64,000 bases of DNA, taken from the NCBI GenBank assembly GCA_902496275.1, contig CABVAC010000006.1, positions 19,891 through 83,890 of the forward strand. Reading direction: 5' to 3'. Of the stretch, positions 40,004 through 49,679 are shown piece after piece. Positions within the stretch are counted from its first letter, which is position 1, and every line of letters begins with the position of its first letter. Origin of the DNA: an uncultured Collinsella sp. GTDB lineage: Bacteria; Actinomycetota; Coriobacteriia; Coriobacteriales; Coriobacteriaceae. Both the position numbers and the translations under genes were made by a program. The notes under the pieces were generated by a model. The model did not search any database and was not told the origin of the DNA. It was given only the letters and a program-made list of their open reading frames with translations.

Positions 40004-41032
40004 ATGGATCAGCAGACAAGGAATGGTCGTTCGGCGAGCGCGGCAGAGGTTGCGGCGCTCGCTGGCGTGAGCCGCCAGACTGTGTCTCGCGTGGTCAACG
40101 GTATGCCCAACGTGACGGAAAAGACGCGCAAGCGTGTGCTGGCCGCCATGGAAGAGCTGGGCTTTCGTCCCAATTTTGCTGGAGCGGCGTTGCGCGGCGG
40201 GTCGTATCGTTCTATTGGCCTGTGCATGTACAACATCACACGTGTCGGTAACCTGGCGACGCTCGAGGGTATCATGCAAGCGGCGCGCGAGCACGATTTT
40301 GCCGTCACTATGATCGAGATGGGCGGCGACAAGCCCTATGCACTTGCCGATGCCTCGCGCCGCATGGTCGAGCGACCCGTCGACGGTATGATTCTCAACA
40401 TGAACCGCATGGCTCCCGATTTTGAGGAGTTTGTTCCCCAGCCGGGAGTGCGAACGGTCATCCTGTCCATGTATGCGCATCCGCGCTGCACGACGATCGA
40501 CTCCGACCAGTATGGTTCGTGCGAGCTGTTGACCAATTATCTGCTGGAACATGGTCACTCGAATATGCGGTTTGTGGCGGGTCCGGAAAACTCGATTTCC
40601 TCACGTTTTCGTGAGGCCGGTTGGCGCGATACGCTGGGTCGTGCTCATGTCGATGCCGCTCCGATGCTGCGTGGCGATTGGAGTGCGGACAGTGGGTACG
40701 CCATGGGCGAGCGGATTGCGGCCGAGGTGCTTGCCGGCGGGTCGCAGGCGCCGACTGCCGTGCTTGCGGCAAATGACCAGATGGCGCTGGGCGTTATCGC
40801 CGCGCTCGAGAACGCGGGCCTGTCCGTGCCCGACGACGTGAGCGTGGTTGGTATCGACGACGCACTCGAGGGACTTGTTCCTCACAATCGGCTGACGACG
40901 CTGCGATTTGATTTGCGCGGTGTCGGTAAGCTTGCGTTTGAGGCGGCGATTGGAGAGAGCTCGTCTATCGAGGCGATTCATGTGCCGAGCACGCTGGTCG
41001 AACGCTCGACTGTTAGGGACATACGGGGTTAG
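40004..41032 (+). CDS. LacI family regulator 2
   Basis: EVAALAGVSRQTVSRVVN HTH. Confidence 0.93.
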   Translation: MDQQTRNGRSASAAEVAALAGVSRQTVSRVVNGMPNVTEKTRKRVLAAMEELGFRPNFAGAALRGGSYRSIGLCMYNITRVGNLATLEGIMQAAREHDFAVTMIEMGGDKPYALADASRRMVERPVDGMILNMNRMAPDFEEFVPQPGVRTVILSMYAHPRCTTIDSDQYGSCELLTNYLLEHGHSNMRFVAGPENSISSRFREAGWRDTLGRAHVDAAPMLRGDWSADSGYAMGERIAAEVLAGGSQAPTAVLAANDQMALGVIAALENAGLSVPDDVSVVGIDDALEGLVPHNRLTTLRFDLRGVGKLAFEAAIGESSSIEAIHVPSTLVERSTVRDIRG

Positions 41033-41047
41033 GTCCTACTCCGTTTG

Positions 41048-41183
41048 TCTCGATTTGTAACAGGTAGACGGTCAAAAGCGGGCTACGTGTTACAGATTTA
41101 GATTCTTCGGAAAGAGCAATCCTGTTCGTCTCAATCTGTAACAGCTAGGACCCAAAAACTCGGCTAGATGTTACGGATTGAGA
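41048..41183. repeat. Two 55-bp palindromic units (same family)
   Basis: Units at 41048 and 41129. Confidence 0.9.
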
Positions 41184-41309
41184 CAAACGGACCCCGAACC
41201 GCCCAAAAAGGCCGGGGGCGACGCGCCGTGTGACGTGCCACCCCCGGCTGAGAAATGGGGGACAGGTTATGTGGGCGGTGCAACTCCGCCAACCGCTCGT
41301 CGCAAGCCG

Positions 41310-42749
41310 CTAGTCCAGACGACGGGTTTGCGCCACGTGCTTATACCAGTATGCGCTTGCCTTGGGTGTGCGCTTTTGGGTTTCAAAGTCAACGTAGAAG
41401 AAGCCGTAACGCTTGTTGTAACCGTTGGTCCAGGAGAACTGATCCTGCAGGCTCCACAGGAAGTAGCCGCCTACGTTGACGCCAACCTCCATGGCCTTGA
41501 GCAACCAGCGCAGGTGCTGCTCGATGTAGTCGATGCGCGGCTGGTCGTCCACAAAACCGTCCTTGTAGGGGTCCTTGTAGCCCATGCCGTTCTCGGTGAT
41601 GAAGATCTGCTTGTAGTTGGGGTAGCGCTGCTTAATGTAGACGAGCAGATCGAACAGGCCCTCGGGATAGATGATCCAGTCCCAGTCGGTGGTGGGGATA
41701 CCAGGCTTGTTCACATGCTCGCCAATACCCTTAACGCGCCAGCGGCCGGTGCCCTTCTCGCCCGTACCGTTGTGGTGCAGGTCGTTCTCGCCATCGTAAG
41801 CCTTCAAGAAGCGGCACTGGTAGTTGTTAACGCCCAGGTAGTCGTTGTAGAGCGCGGCCTCGCGCATAATCTCGAGGTCCTCGTCCAGGATCTCGATGGT
41901 GCCGCCCGAGACGGCAGCCAGGCGGTTGGCGCACTCGAGGGTGTCGGGGGCATAGTCGCCGCGGAAGGTGGCGTCGAGCAGAAACTGGTTCTGCAGCACG
42001 TGCTCGTTGTTGGCGGCTTTGATGTCGGCGGGGTCGTTCTCGTTGAGCGGGTACTTAAACTCCAGCGACTGGATGACGCCGATCTTGCCCTTAAAGCCGC
42101 CGTTGTGGAAGGCCAGCACGGCCTTGGCGTGGGCGAGCATCATGTTGTGCTCGCACTGGAAAGCCTCGGCCAGATGCGCCTTGACGCCACCGGGGAAGGT
42201 GCCCTCGATGTAGGTGTTGGAGGCGTCGGCCCAGATCTCGTTAAAGGTGAACCAGTAGGTCACCTGGTCGGCGTACTCCTTAAAGCAGAAGGTGGCAAAG
42301 TCCACAAAGGCGTCGATGGTCTCGCGGTTGAGGAAGTCGCCCTTCTCAAAGAGGGGCAGCGGCGTATCGAAGTGATGCAGCGTGACAAACGGCTCAACGT
42401 GGTGCTTGTGGCATTCGGCGAAGAGATCGTGATAGAACTGGACACCCTCGGGGTTGATTTCGCCGGTACCGTTGGGGAAGATGCGGCTCCAGGCGATAGA
42501 GAGGCGAATGCCGTTGATGCCAAACTCCTCGCACAGTTCCAGATCGACGGGGTACTGGTTGTAGAAGTCCGAAGCGGGATCGGGGGAGAAGCGCCCCTGG
42601 GCCTCCAAGAAGTCGTCCCAGGCGACTTTGCCCTTACCGTGGGTGCGGGTCTCGCCCTCTACCTGGTAAGCAGCAGTGGCGCCGCCAAAGACAAAGCCCT
42701 CGGGAAACTGCGCAGGCGGGTTGGTGACGCTAGCGGGGTTAACGGACAT
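41310..42749 (-). CDS. lacG: 6-phospho-beta-galactosidase (GH1), copy 3
   Basis: TFNE, FITENG, DQFSWTNGY. Confidence 0.93.
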   Translation of the reverse strand: MSVNPASVTNPPAQFPEGFVFGGATAAYQVEGETRTHGKGKVAWDDFLEAQGRFSPDPASDFYNQYPVDLELCEEFGINGIRLSIAWSRIFPNGTGEINPEGVQFYHDLFAECHKHHVEPFVTLHHFDTPLPLFEKGDFLNRETIDAFVDFATFCFKEYADQVTYWFTFNEIWADASNTYIEGTFPGGVKAHLAEAFQCEHNMMLAHAKAVLAFHNGGFKGKIGVIQSLEFKYPLNENDPADIKAANNEHVLQNQFLLDATFRGDYAPDTLECANRLAAVSGGTIEILDEDLEIMREAALYNDYLGVNNYQCRFLKAYDGENDLHHNGTGEKGTGRWRVKGIGEHVNKPGIPTTDWDWIIYPEGLFDLLVYIKQRYPNYKQIFITENGMGYKDPYKDGFVDDQPRIDYIEQHLRWLLKAMEVGVNVGGYFLWSLQDQFSWTNGYNKRYGFFYVDFETQKRTPKASAYWYKHVAQTRRLD

Positions 42750-42815
42750 GATGATCCAATCGTCTAAATCGAAGGGCCAGCCGGCTGTGGATGGTCGGCT
42801 GGCCCTGAGCGTTAC

Positions 42816-44576
42816 TTACTTCGAGAGTTGCTCGCTTACGAAGGCGAGAGACTTGTCGCCGTTCTGGGAGAGCTCGATGTACTGCTTACCGCGGCAGGCG
42901 ACGCATTTGTTGCCCACGCGCTCGCAGTCCTTCTGCAGGTCGGCCAGGTAGCTTGCGGCCTGCGGGGCCAGGACGACCAGGTCAAAGTCGGGGAGCATGT
43001 CAACGTGGTTGCCATAGGCCTCGGCAGCGGTCTCAAGATTGATGCCGCGCTCCTTGGCGGCCTTGGCCAGTGCGTTGGCGAGCAGGCCCGAGGTACCGCC
43101 ACCCTGGCAGAGCACGAGCACGCGCTTGCCGTTGAGGTCGCTGGTGGCCGTGGCCTCGGTGGCGGCGGGCGCGTCGGACTTCACGGCCTCGGCGGCGGCG
43201 CCGGCGGCAACGCTCTTGGCATCGGCCTTGCCCTGGAAGGCATCGTTAAGCTTGGCGGCCTTCTCGGCGTTCTTGGCGGCGAGCTCCTCCTGGGAGATCT
43301 CGGCCTCCTCGGCGCACTTCTGGGCGTCATAGGCTCGGAAGAACGGGTAGTACAGAACGAAGTCGACGACCAGGATAAGGGCGAGCATCACAAAGGCGAG
43401 CGGCTGGAAGCCCAGGCCCATGATGGTGCCGATGGGGCCGGGGACGGTCCAAGGCAGGGTGTACATAAAGCCGTTCATGCCCAAGAAGTCGATAAAGATC
43501 TTGAGGATCCAGATGTTGGCGATCGGGGCAAGGACAAACGGGACAAAGAAGACGGGGTTGAGCACGATGGGTGCGGCGAACAGTAGCGGCTCGTTGACGG
43601 CAAAGCAGACGGGGACGATGGCGGCCTTACCGACGGCGCGCATCTCCTGAGACTTGGCCAGGAAGCAGAACATAAAGACCAGGACGAGCGTGGCGCCGGT
43701 GCCGCCCATGCAGACGACGAAGTACTGGGCACCCTGGGTCAGGACAGCGGAAGCGTGCTGGCCGGCCTGGAACGCAGCCAGGTTGTCGGTCATGTTGGCA
43801 ACGAGAGCGGCGGCGATGGCGGGCTCGACGATCGAGGGGCCGTGGACGCCCACGAACCAGAACAGGCTCATGGCGCCGTAGATCACAGCGAGGCCGATGT
43901 AGCCATCGGCAGCGGTGAACAGGGGCTGGAACACCTGGATGACACCCTGGGCAAAGCAGAAGCCAAAAGCAGCGCGGAAGACGATGTCAAAGACCCAAAA
44001 GACGGTGATGCAGACGGAGAAGGGGATGATGTCCTTGAAGGTCTGCGAGATGTTGGGCGGAACCTGCTCGGGCATCTTGACGGTGATGTTGCGCTTAATG
44101 AAGAACTTGTAGATGATGCCAGTCACAAACGCAGCGATGAAAGCGGTCAGCAGGCCCTTGGAACCAAGGTAGGTGGTGTTGAAACCGCTGGCAGCGTCCG
44201 TGGCGATTGTGTCGCTCGAAAGGAGCAAGAAGCCGATGATGGCCGCGCACATGCACGAGATGAAGTTGATCTGGTTGTTCTTGGGCAGATCGCGGTTCTG
44301 AGCGTCGGCGAAGTGCTTGGCCGTGGTGGCGGCGCAGGCGATGGCCAGGATGCCCATGGAGTAGTTGTAGCACTTCCATAGGGCGTTGTTGATGTCATCG
44401 GGCCAGTAGAAACCCCAGATGTTGGGGACCGAGGCTACCAGGCAGAAGATGGACGAGAAGATGATGATGGGGATGACGGAGATAAAGCCGTCGCGGATCG
44501 CCTTGAGGTACTTGTTGCGGGCGATCGCGTTGAAAAAGGGCTGGCCCTTTTCGATGATGGCGATGAGTTGCTCCAT
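42816..44576 (-). CDS. lacE: PTS lactose-specific EIICB (copy D, most like canonical LacE)
   Basis: YLKAIRDGF, VPNIWGF.W, GVHGPSIVEP, LVLCQGGGTSGLLANAL. Confidence 0.93.
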   Translation of the reverse strand: MEQLIAIIEKGQPFFNAIARNKYLKAIRDGFISVIPIIIFSSIFCLVASVPNIWGFYWPDDINNALWKCYNYSMGILAIACAATTAKHFADAQNRDLPKNNQINFISCMCAAIIGFLLLSSDTIATDAASGFNTTYLGSKGLLTAFIAAFVTGIIYKFFIKRNITVKMPEQVPPNISQTFKDIIPFSVCITVFWVFDIVFRAAFGFCFAQGVIQVFQPLFTAADGYIGLAVIYGAMSLFWFVGVHGPSIVEPAIAAALVANMTDNLAAFQAGQHASAVLTQGAQYFVVCMGGTGATLVLVFMFCFLAKSQEMRAVGKAAIVPVCFAVNEPLLFAAPIVLNPVFFVPFVLAPIANIWILKIFIDFLGMNGFMYTLPWTVPGPIGTIMGLGFQPLAFVMLALILVVDFVLYYPFFRAYDAQKCAEEAEISQEELAAKNAEKAAKLNDAFQGKADAKSVAAGAAAEAVKSDAPAATEATATSDLNGKRVLVLCQGGGTSGLLANALAKAAKERGINLETAAEAYGNHVDMLPDFDLVVLAPQAASYLADLQKDCERVGNKCVACRGKQYIELSQNGDKSLAFVSEQLSK

Positions 44577-44933
44577 GCAATGCTCCTAAGAGTCGGTGGG
44601 TTAGCAACGATGGTAGCTTTTGACATTCGGTTGCCAAAATGTTGACGTTGCCATTTTGTGACACAAAAAAAGAAGCGAACCGGTGGTTCCTGTGCCTGCG
44701 AACCGTCGATTCATTACGCGTAAACGTTTGAGCCGCCCGGTGGCTCTGTGTTTGCACAATGGCAACGTTAACATTTGGGCGACAAAAGCCGTTCGGGGAA
44801 GCAAAAATGTCGGTGAACGGTAGGTTTTGGGTGGTGAGCGTATGGTGGGGGAGGCGTTGGATATACTTGAAGGCGTTAAAAATGACTGCGCAGGGTGCCA
44901 CCAATGGCATCGTTGACATAGAAAGATCGACCT

Positions 44934-45938
44934 ATGGCCGCTGTTAAAAAATCGGTATCCGTCAAGGATGTGGCACGTCTCGCGGGCGTCTCGGAGCAGA
45001 CAGTCTCGCGTACGGTGCACGATTCGCCCAGCGTACGCCCCGAGACCAAGGAGCGCGTGCGTGCCGCCATGCGCGAGCTGGGGTATCGCCCCAATTTTGC
45101 CGGTCGATCGCTGCGCCGTGGCAAGTTTAAGACCGTCGGCGTTGCCATGTTCAACATTACCGGTACTGGCAACCTCGACCGTATGGAGGGCTTTGCCGCT
45201 GCGGCCGACAAACATGGCTATGCCATCACCCTCACTAAAGTAGACGGGCATCCGTATACCCTCGAGAGCGCATCGTCACGCATGAGCGCGCTGCCGGTAG
45301 ACGGCATGGTCGTGATCATGAACCGCATGCCGGCGGACTTTGGCACCTTTGAACCGCTGCCCGGCATGCAGACGGTGCTCGTTACGATGTTGGAGCACCC
45401 GCTCTGTTCAACGGTCGATAACGACCAGTTCGATTGCTCGCGCCAGGTGGTCGAGTACTTGCTGGGGCGGGGGCACAAAACCGTGCACTTTATCTCGTGC
45501 CCCGAGCGCTCGCTTTCGGGCATGCGGCGCGAGGAAGGCTGGCGCGAGACATTGCGTGCGCATGGCATTGAGCCACCGCGACTTATCCGTGGCGATTGGA
45601 CGGCGCAGAGCGGATATGCCGCAGGTCAAGCCCTGGCGGATGATCCGACCTGTACTGCCATCTATGCCTCCAACGACGCCATGGCCTACGGCTGCATTCG
45701 CGGACTCGAGTCGCGCGGAAAGCGCGTGCCCGAGGACGTGAGCGTGGCGGGTGTTGACGACAGCCTGGGCGATATTGTGCCCGATTGTCGCCTGACCACG
45801 GTGCGCTTTGATAACAGGCGCGTCGGCATGTGGGCGGTCGACAAGATTGCTGGCGCCGAGGGCGTTGCACCCGGTGTGGAGCACATGCTGTTTCCGGGCG
45901 TGCTCGTCGAGGGCGATACGGTGCGCGATGTACGCTAG
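44934..45938 (+). CDS. LacI family regulator 3
   Basis: KDVARLAGVSEQTVSR HTH. Confidence 0.93.
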   Translation: MAAVKKSVSVKDVARLAGVSEQTVSRTVHDSPSVRPETKERVRAAMRELGYRPNFAGRSLRRGKFKTVGVAMFNITGTGNLDRMEGFAAAADKHGYAITLTKVDGHPYTLESASSRMSALPVDGMVVIMNRMPADFGTFEPLPGMQTVLVTMLEHPLCSTVDNDQFDCSRQVVEYLLGRGHKTVHFISCPERSLSGMRREEGWRETLRAHGIEPPRLIRGDWTAQSGYAAGQALADDPTCTAIYASNDAMAYGCIRGLESRGKRVPEDVSVAGVDDSLGDIVPDCRLTTVRFDNRRVGMWAVDKIAGAEGVAPGVEHMLFPGVLVEGDTVRDVR

Positions 45939-46152
45939 GGCGCGGGTCTGTTTGGGTTGCCGCTAATTGTGTTCGATATTGTTCAAATTGGTTTAAAAAC
46001 CGTTCACGGGCGAAAAGTGACCGTTCATAGCTTGAAATTACGTTTTGCGCTGTTCTTTTTTGTTTGAATGTTAATGTTTCTGCCATACAGAACGCAGCGC
46101 GTATGCCCGGACGCGATGCTCTCCATTGGTTCATATGTGAAAGGAACGCAAT

Positions 46153-46491
46153 ATGGCAACCAAAGAAGAAATCTCGATGGTTGGATTCGAGATTGTCGCA
46201 TACGCAGGTGACGCCCAGACCGATCTGCTTGCAGCGCTCGATGCTGCTCGCGAGGGTGACTTTGAGAAGGCCGAACAGCTGCACAAGGATGCGAGCGATG
46301 CACTTATCGGCGCCCACGACACGCAGACCAAGCTGCTTTCGCAGGAGGCCGGCGGTGGCGAGATGGAGATGACCTTCATCATGGCCCATGCTCAGGACAC
46401 TCTCATGACCACCATGATCCTGGAGAAGCAGGCCCGCTTTACCATCGATGCCTACAAGCGCATTGCCGAGCTCGAGGCCAAGCTCGCCTAA
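46153..46491 (+). CDS. lacF: PTS lactose/cellobiose-family EIIA
   Basis: GFEIVAYAGDA, AH..QT.LL..EA.G, HAQD.LMTT. Confidence 0.95.
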   Translation: MATKEEISMVGFEIVAYAGDAQTDLLAALDAAREGDFEKAEQLHKDASDALIGAHDTQTKLLSQEAGGGEMEMTFIMAHAQDTLMTTMILEKQARFTIDAYKRIAELEAKLA

Positions 46492-46684
46492 CGAGCCCTC
46501 ACAACCAAGTCCCCTTCCAAAAGCTCTGCCGCTATCCGCAGCAGGGCTTTTCTGTTTACCCGGCACTTGGGGACGTTCCTTATCTGCCGCAGTTAGGGAC
46601 ACTCCTACCATGCATTTGATCCTTTGAGGATGGAAGAAAACGGGTCATTAGGTTTGCTGCGGTGCCGACTCGGCCTGTCGGTTA

Positions 46685-46838
46685 CAAAACTATGCCGGTT
46701 TACTACGATGAATCGCATTCTTTCAACTATGGAAAGAACGGCGTTATCAAAGCCGCAGGTAGAAAGCTTGTCATTTTCTGCTAATAGCAAATGTGGTCGG
46801 TCCTATCGGTTTTACCGTAGTAAACCGGCATAGTTTTG
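46685..46838. repeat. 154-bp MITE-like element, copy 2
   Basis: CAAAACTATGCCGGTTTACTACG.../...CGTAGTAAACCGGCATAGTTTTG; central CCGCAGGTA. Confidence 0.75.
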
Positions 46839-46954
46839 AAATGGCACTATTCGACTAGCAGCGTTATGGAGCTTCTGCACGCCCTCCCGTTCGGTTTTTC
46901 GCTGGGTGGGTATACTTCCATCCGCAATACAGGCCGGAATGAGGAGGTATCCAA

Positions 46955-47977
46955 ATGCCGGACAACGGATTGATTCAAAAGAAAGACGCGCACGAGATGG
47001 CTCATGGGCGTCCTGTCCAGATAACCGAGCACACGACGGTAACCGAGCTGCAGCCCAGCCTGTCCGACGTCGTGTGCGCAAACAAAAAGCTTCAGATTGG
47101 CTTTATCGTTGCGCTCGTGGTACTGGCGCTGCTGTCGGGCTTTGTAGCTCGTCCGCATTTCGCCGATACCAAAACTTGGGACTCCACCATCGAGGTCATC
47201 GACCAAAAGAAGGGTAACGTACTGGCGCTCACGACCTCGTGCGTGGCGCTGTCTGCGGGCATTACCGCGCTGCCGGGTGATACGGGAACGCCGGTTGCCG
47301 AGCAGCTCGCGCAGCTTTCAGGCAACCTTGGTATCGTGCTTGCCGTGCTCTACCTCGAGAAATACCTGCTAACCATTTTGTGGTCGGTTGGCTTGGGCAT
47401 CTTAATCCCGTTTGCGTTGGTGCTCTTTGCGGTGTCGCTCGGCATTCACGGGCGCTGGAGCACGAGCACTGTCCTGCGCCGTGTGGCGACACGCGTACTG
47501 GTGGTTGCCGTGATCGGCATGGCGCTCGTGCCCGCGAGCGTATGGGTGTCGCAAAAGGTCGATGAAACGTATCGCGTAAGTATTGAGCAAGCTGAGCAAA
47601 AGGCTGCGGACGCGGCCGACACCGCGGACAAGTCAGCCGAGACCAGCTCAAAATCGAACAAGAAAAAATCCGAGGCCACGGAGTCCAAAAACGTGCTCGA
47701 GCAGTTGACTGATGGGGCCTCGAGCCTTGTTACGTCGGTGACCAGCGGTGCCAAGCAGATGACCGACGAGATCGTGCAGCAAGTGACCGACCTCATCGAA
47801 GGCGTCATCGTGATGATCGTGACCTCGTGTGTGATTCCTCTACTGGTGCTCGTGGCGTTCCTGTGGCTGGGACACGTACTGCTGGGGATTGATATTTCCG
47901 GCCCGGCGAACTATTTGACGGGCCGCTTTCTGAGTGCTCCGTCCAAGCACGCCAAAAAGGGTGGGCAGTCCGAGTAG
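46955..47977 (+). CDS. Hypothetical multi-pass membrane protein
   Basis: GAGGAGG RBS; several TMs; PGDTGTPVAEQLA motif. Confidence 0.7.
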   Translation: MPDNGLIQKKDAHEMAHGRPVQITEHTTVTELQPSLSDVVCANKKLQIGFIVALVVLALLSGFVARPHFADTKTWDSTIEVIDQKKGNVLALTTSCVALSAGITALPGDTGTPVAEQLAQLSGNLGIVLAVLYLEKYLLTILWSVGLGILIPFALVLFAVSLGIHGRWSTSTVLRRVATRVLVVAVIGMALVPASVWVSQKVDETYRVSIEQAEQKAADAADTADKSAETSSKSNKKKSEATESKNVLEQLTDGASSLVTSVTSGAKQMTDEIVQQVTDLIEGVIVMIVTSCVIPLLVLVAFLWLGHVLLGIDISGPANYLTGRFLSAPSKHAKKGGQSE

Positions 47978-48284
47978 CTTAAACAGCTGTATATACCGGG
48001 GAATACCGCCGAAGGGCGGCCGAGACACGTTCTTGGCCGCCCTCTTGTTTGTTGAACACATGGTCGCTACGTCCGCGCCCGGCTCAAACGGTCAGCAATC
48101 ATCCGTGAATGGTGTTTGTTCAAAAAAGAACAAAGATAAACAAATTATTGTTGCAGTCGGTGTTCGAATGTGTTCAAATAAACACGAACAGTGAAGAACC
48201 GCACATTCAGATGCCCGGACCTGAACGCGATTCAACACTTCCAAACAGAAACTACGCACCTGCGTATCTCTCAAGGAGGATGTC

Positions 48285-48713
48285 ATGAGGGTTGTAATCG
48301 CTTCCGATGCCGACGGTATGTCGATGAAGGAGTCCATCAAGGAGATGCTCATCGCCGACGGTCACGAGGTCGTCGACTATTCCGAGACCCCTGCCGCGGA
48401 CTTTGTCGATTCCGCGACCGCCGTTGCCAAGGACCTGCTGGAGCACAAGGATTCCCAGGGCTTTGCATTCGATAAGTACGGCGTCGGCTCCTATATGGCC
48501 GCCGTCAAGATCAAGGGCATGGTCGTCGCCAACATTTCCGACGAGCGTTCCGCTTACATGACCCGCGAGCACAACGGCTCGCGCATGGTCACCATGGGCC
48601 CGGGCGTTGTGGGCACCGAGGTCGCCAAGAAGATCGCCCGCGAGTTCCTGCGTGCACAGTACGCCGGCGGCCGTCACCAGATCCGTGTCGACATGCTCAA
48701 CAAGATGGCCTAA
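48285..48713 (+). CDS. lacA: Galactose-6-phosphate isomerase subunit A
   Basis: KIKGMVVA..SDERSAYMTREHN and YAGGRHQIRVDMLNKM. Confidence 0.95.
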   Translation: MRVVIASDADGMSMKESIKEMLIADGHEVVDYSETPAADFVDSATAVAKDLLEHKDSQGFAFDKYGVGSYMAAVKIKGMVVANISDERSAYMTREHNGSRMVTMGPGVVGTEVAKKIAREFLRAQYAGGRHQIRVDMLNKMA

Positions 48714-48776
48714 CGAGAGCCACCGAGAACTCGAACTTCTACCTCAACTTGTGAATTCAGACGAAAGGACGTTCTG

Positions 48777-49301
48777 ATGAAGAAGACCATCGCAATCGGT
48801 TGCGACCATATCGTTACGGACGAGAAGATCTATCTGGCCGACCGCCTGGAGCAGGCTGGCTACAAGGTGCTCGACTGCGGCACCTACAGCCACACCCGTA
48901 CGCACTATCCCATCTACGGTAAGGCCGTGGGCGAGGCTGTTGCCAGCGGCAAGGCCGACTTTGGCGTGGCCCTGTGCGGCACCGGCATTGGCATCACCAA
49001 CGCCGTCAACAAGGTTCCCGGCGCCCGCTGCGCCCTGGTCCGCGACATGACCTCTGCCCTGTACGCTCGTCGCGAGCTCAACGCCAACATCGTGGGCTTT
49101 GGCGGCAAGATTACCGGCGAGTTCCTGATGGCCGATATCATGCTTGCCTTCCTGGAGGAGCCCTACGAGAAGACCCCCGAGCACGATGCCCTGATCGCCA
49201 AGATCGATGCCTGCAATAAGGCCGACGCCGAGGCTCAGGCTGACCCGCACTTCTTTGACGAGTTCCTCGAGAAGTGGGACCGCGGCGAGTACCACGACTA
49301 A
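48777..49301 (+). CDS. lacB: Galactose-6-phosphate isomerase subunit B
   Basis: [34 protein letters not shown]. Confidence 0.96.
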   Translation: MKKTIAIGCDHIVTDEKIYLADRLEQAGYKVLDCGTYSHTRTHYPIYGKAVGEAVASGKADFGVALCGTGIGITNAVNKVPGARCALVRDMTSALYARRELNANIVGFGGKITGEFLMADIMLAFLEEPYEKTPEHDALIAKIDACNKADAEAQADPHFFDEFLEKWDRGEYHD

Positions 49302-49305
49302 GGAG

Positions 49306-49460
49306 GTTACGCGGTTTTACCAAACCGCGTAACGGGTCGACGCTGCGCGCCGCCCAGGCACCCCATCTCGCCGCTCAAACCGTCGCTCGCGTACATGAAG
49401 TACGCGTCGCTCCTCTTTCGCGGCGACCTGGGGCACCTGAGCGCCGCTCGCTGACGTTTG
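49306..49460. other. Structured intergenic element, copy A (candidate ncRNA or structured repeat)
   Basis: Shares fold and loop sequences with 51555-51705, with compensatory stem changes. Confidence 0.65.
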
Positions 49461-49679
49461 AGTGACCTGTGAGATCGCCCCTGTTGTTGCGAAGTGTTCT
49501 GGTACGGCGAGCTGCTCCGATAACACGTTTGCTTGCTTGGCTTGAGTGCTTCGCTCTTGGCTATACTTGGCGATTTGCAGCTTTTCAATTGACGGCTCGC
49601 GTTTCTGTGAGGGGGCGCGGGCCGGTTTTCTATCAGCCCTATTGACTTGGCGGGCTGTCGTAAGAAAGGGAAGGCTCCT

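Noticed and set aside
32830..44381. Long + strand ORFs antisense to lacE/lacG (e.g. 36205-38274, 41178-42767, 32830-34530)
   Set aside because: Shadow ORFs expected from high-GC codon bias; no recognisable motifs
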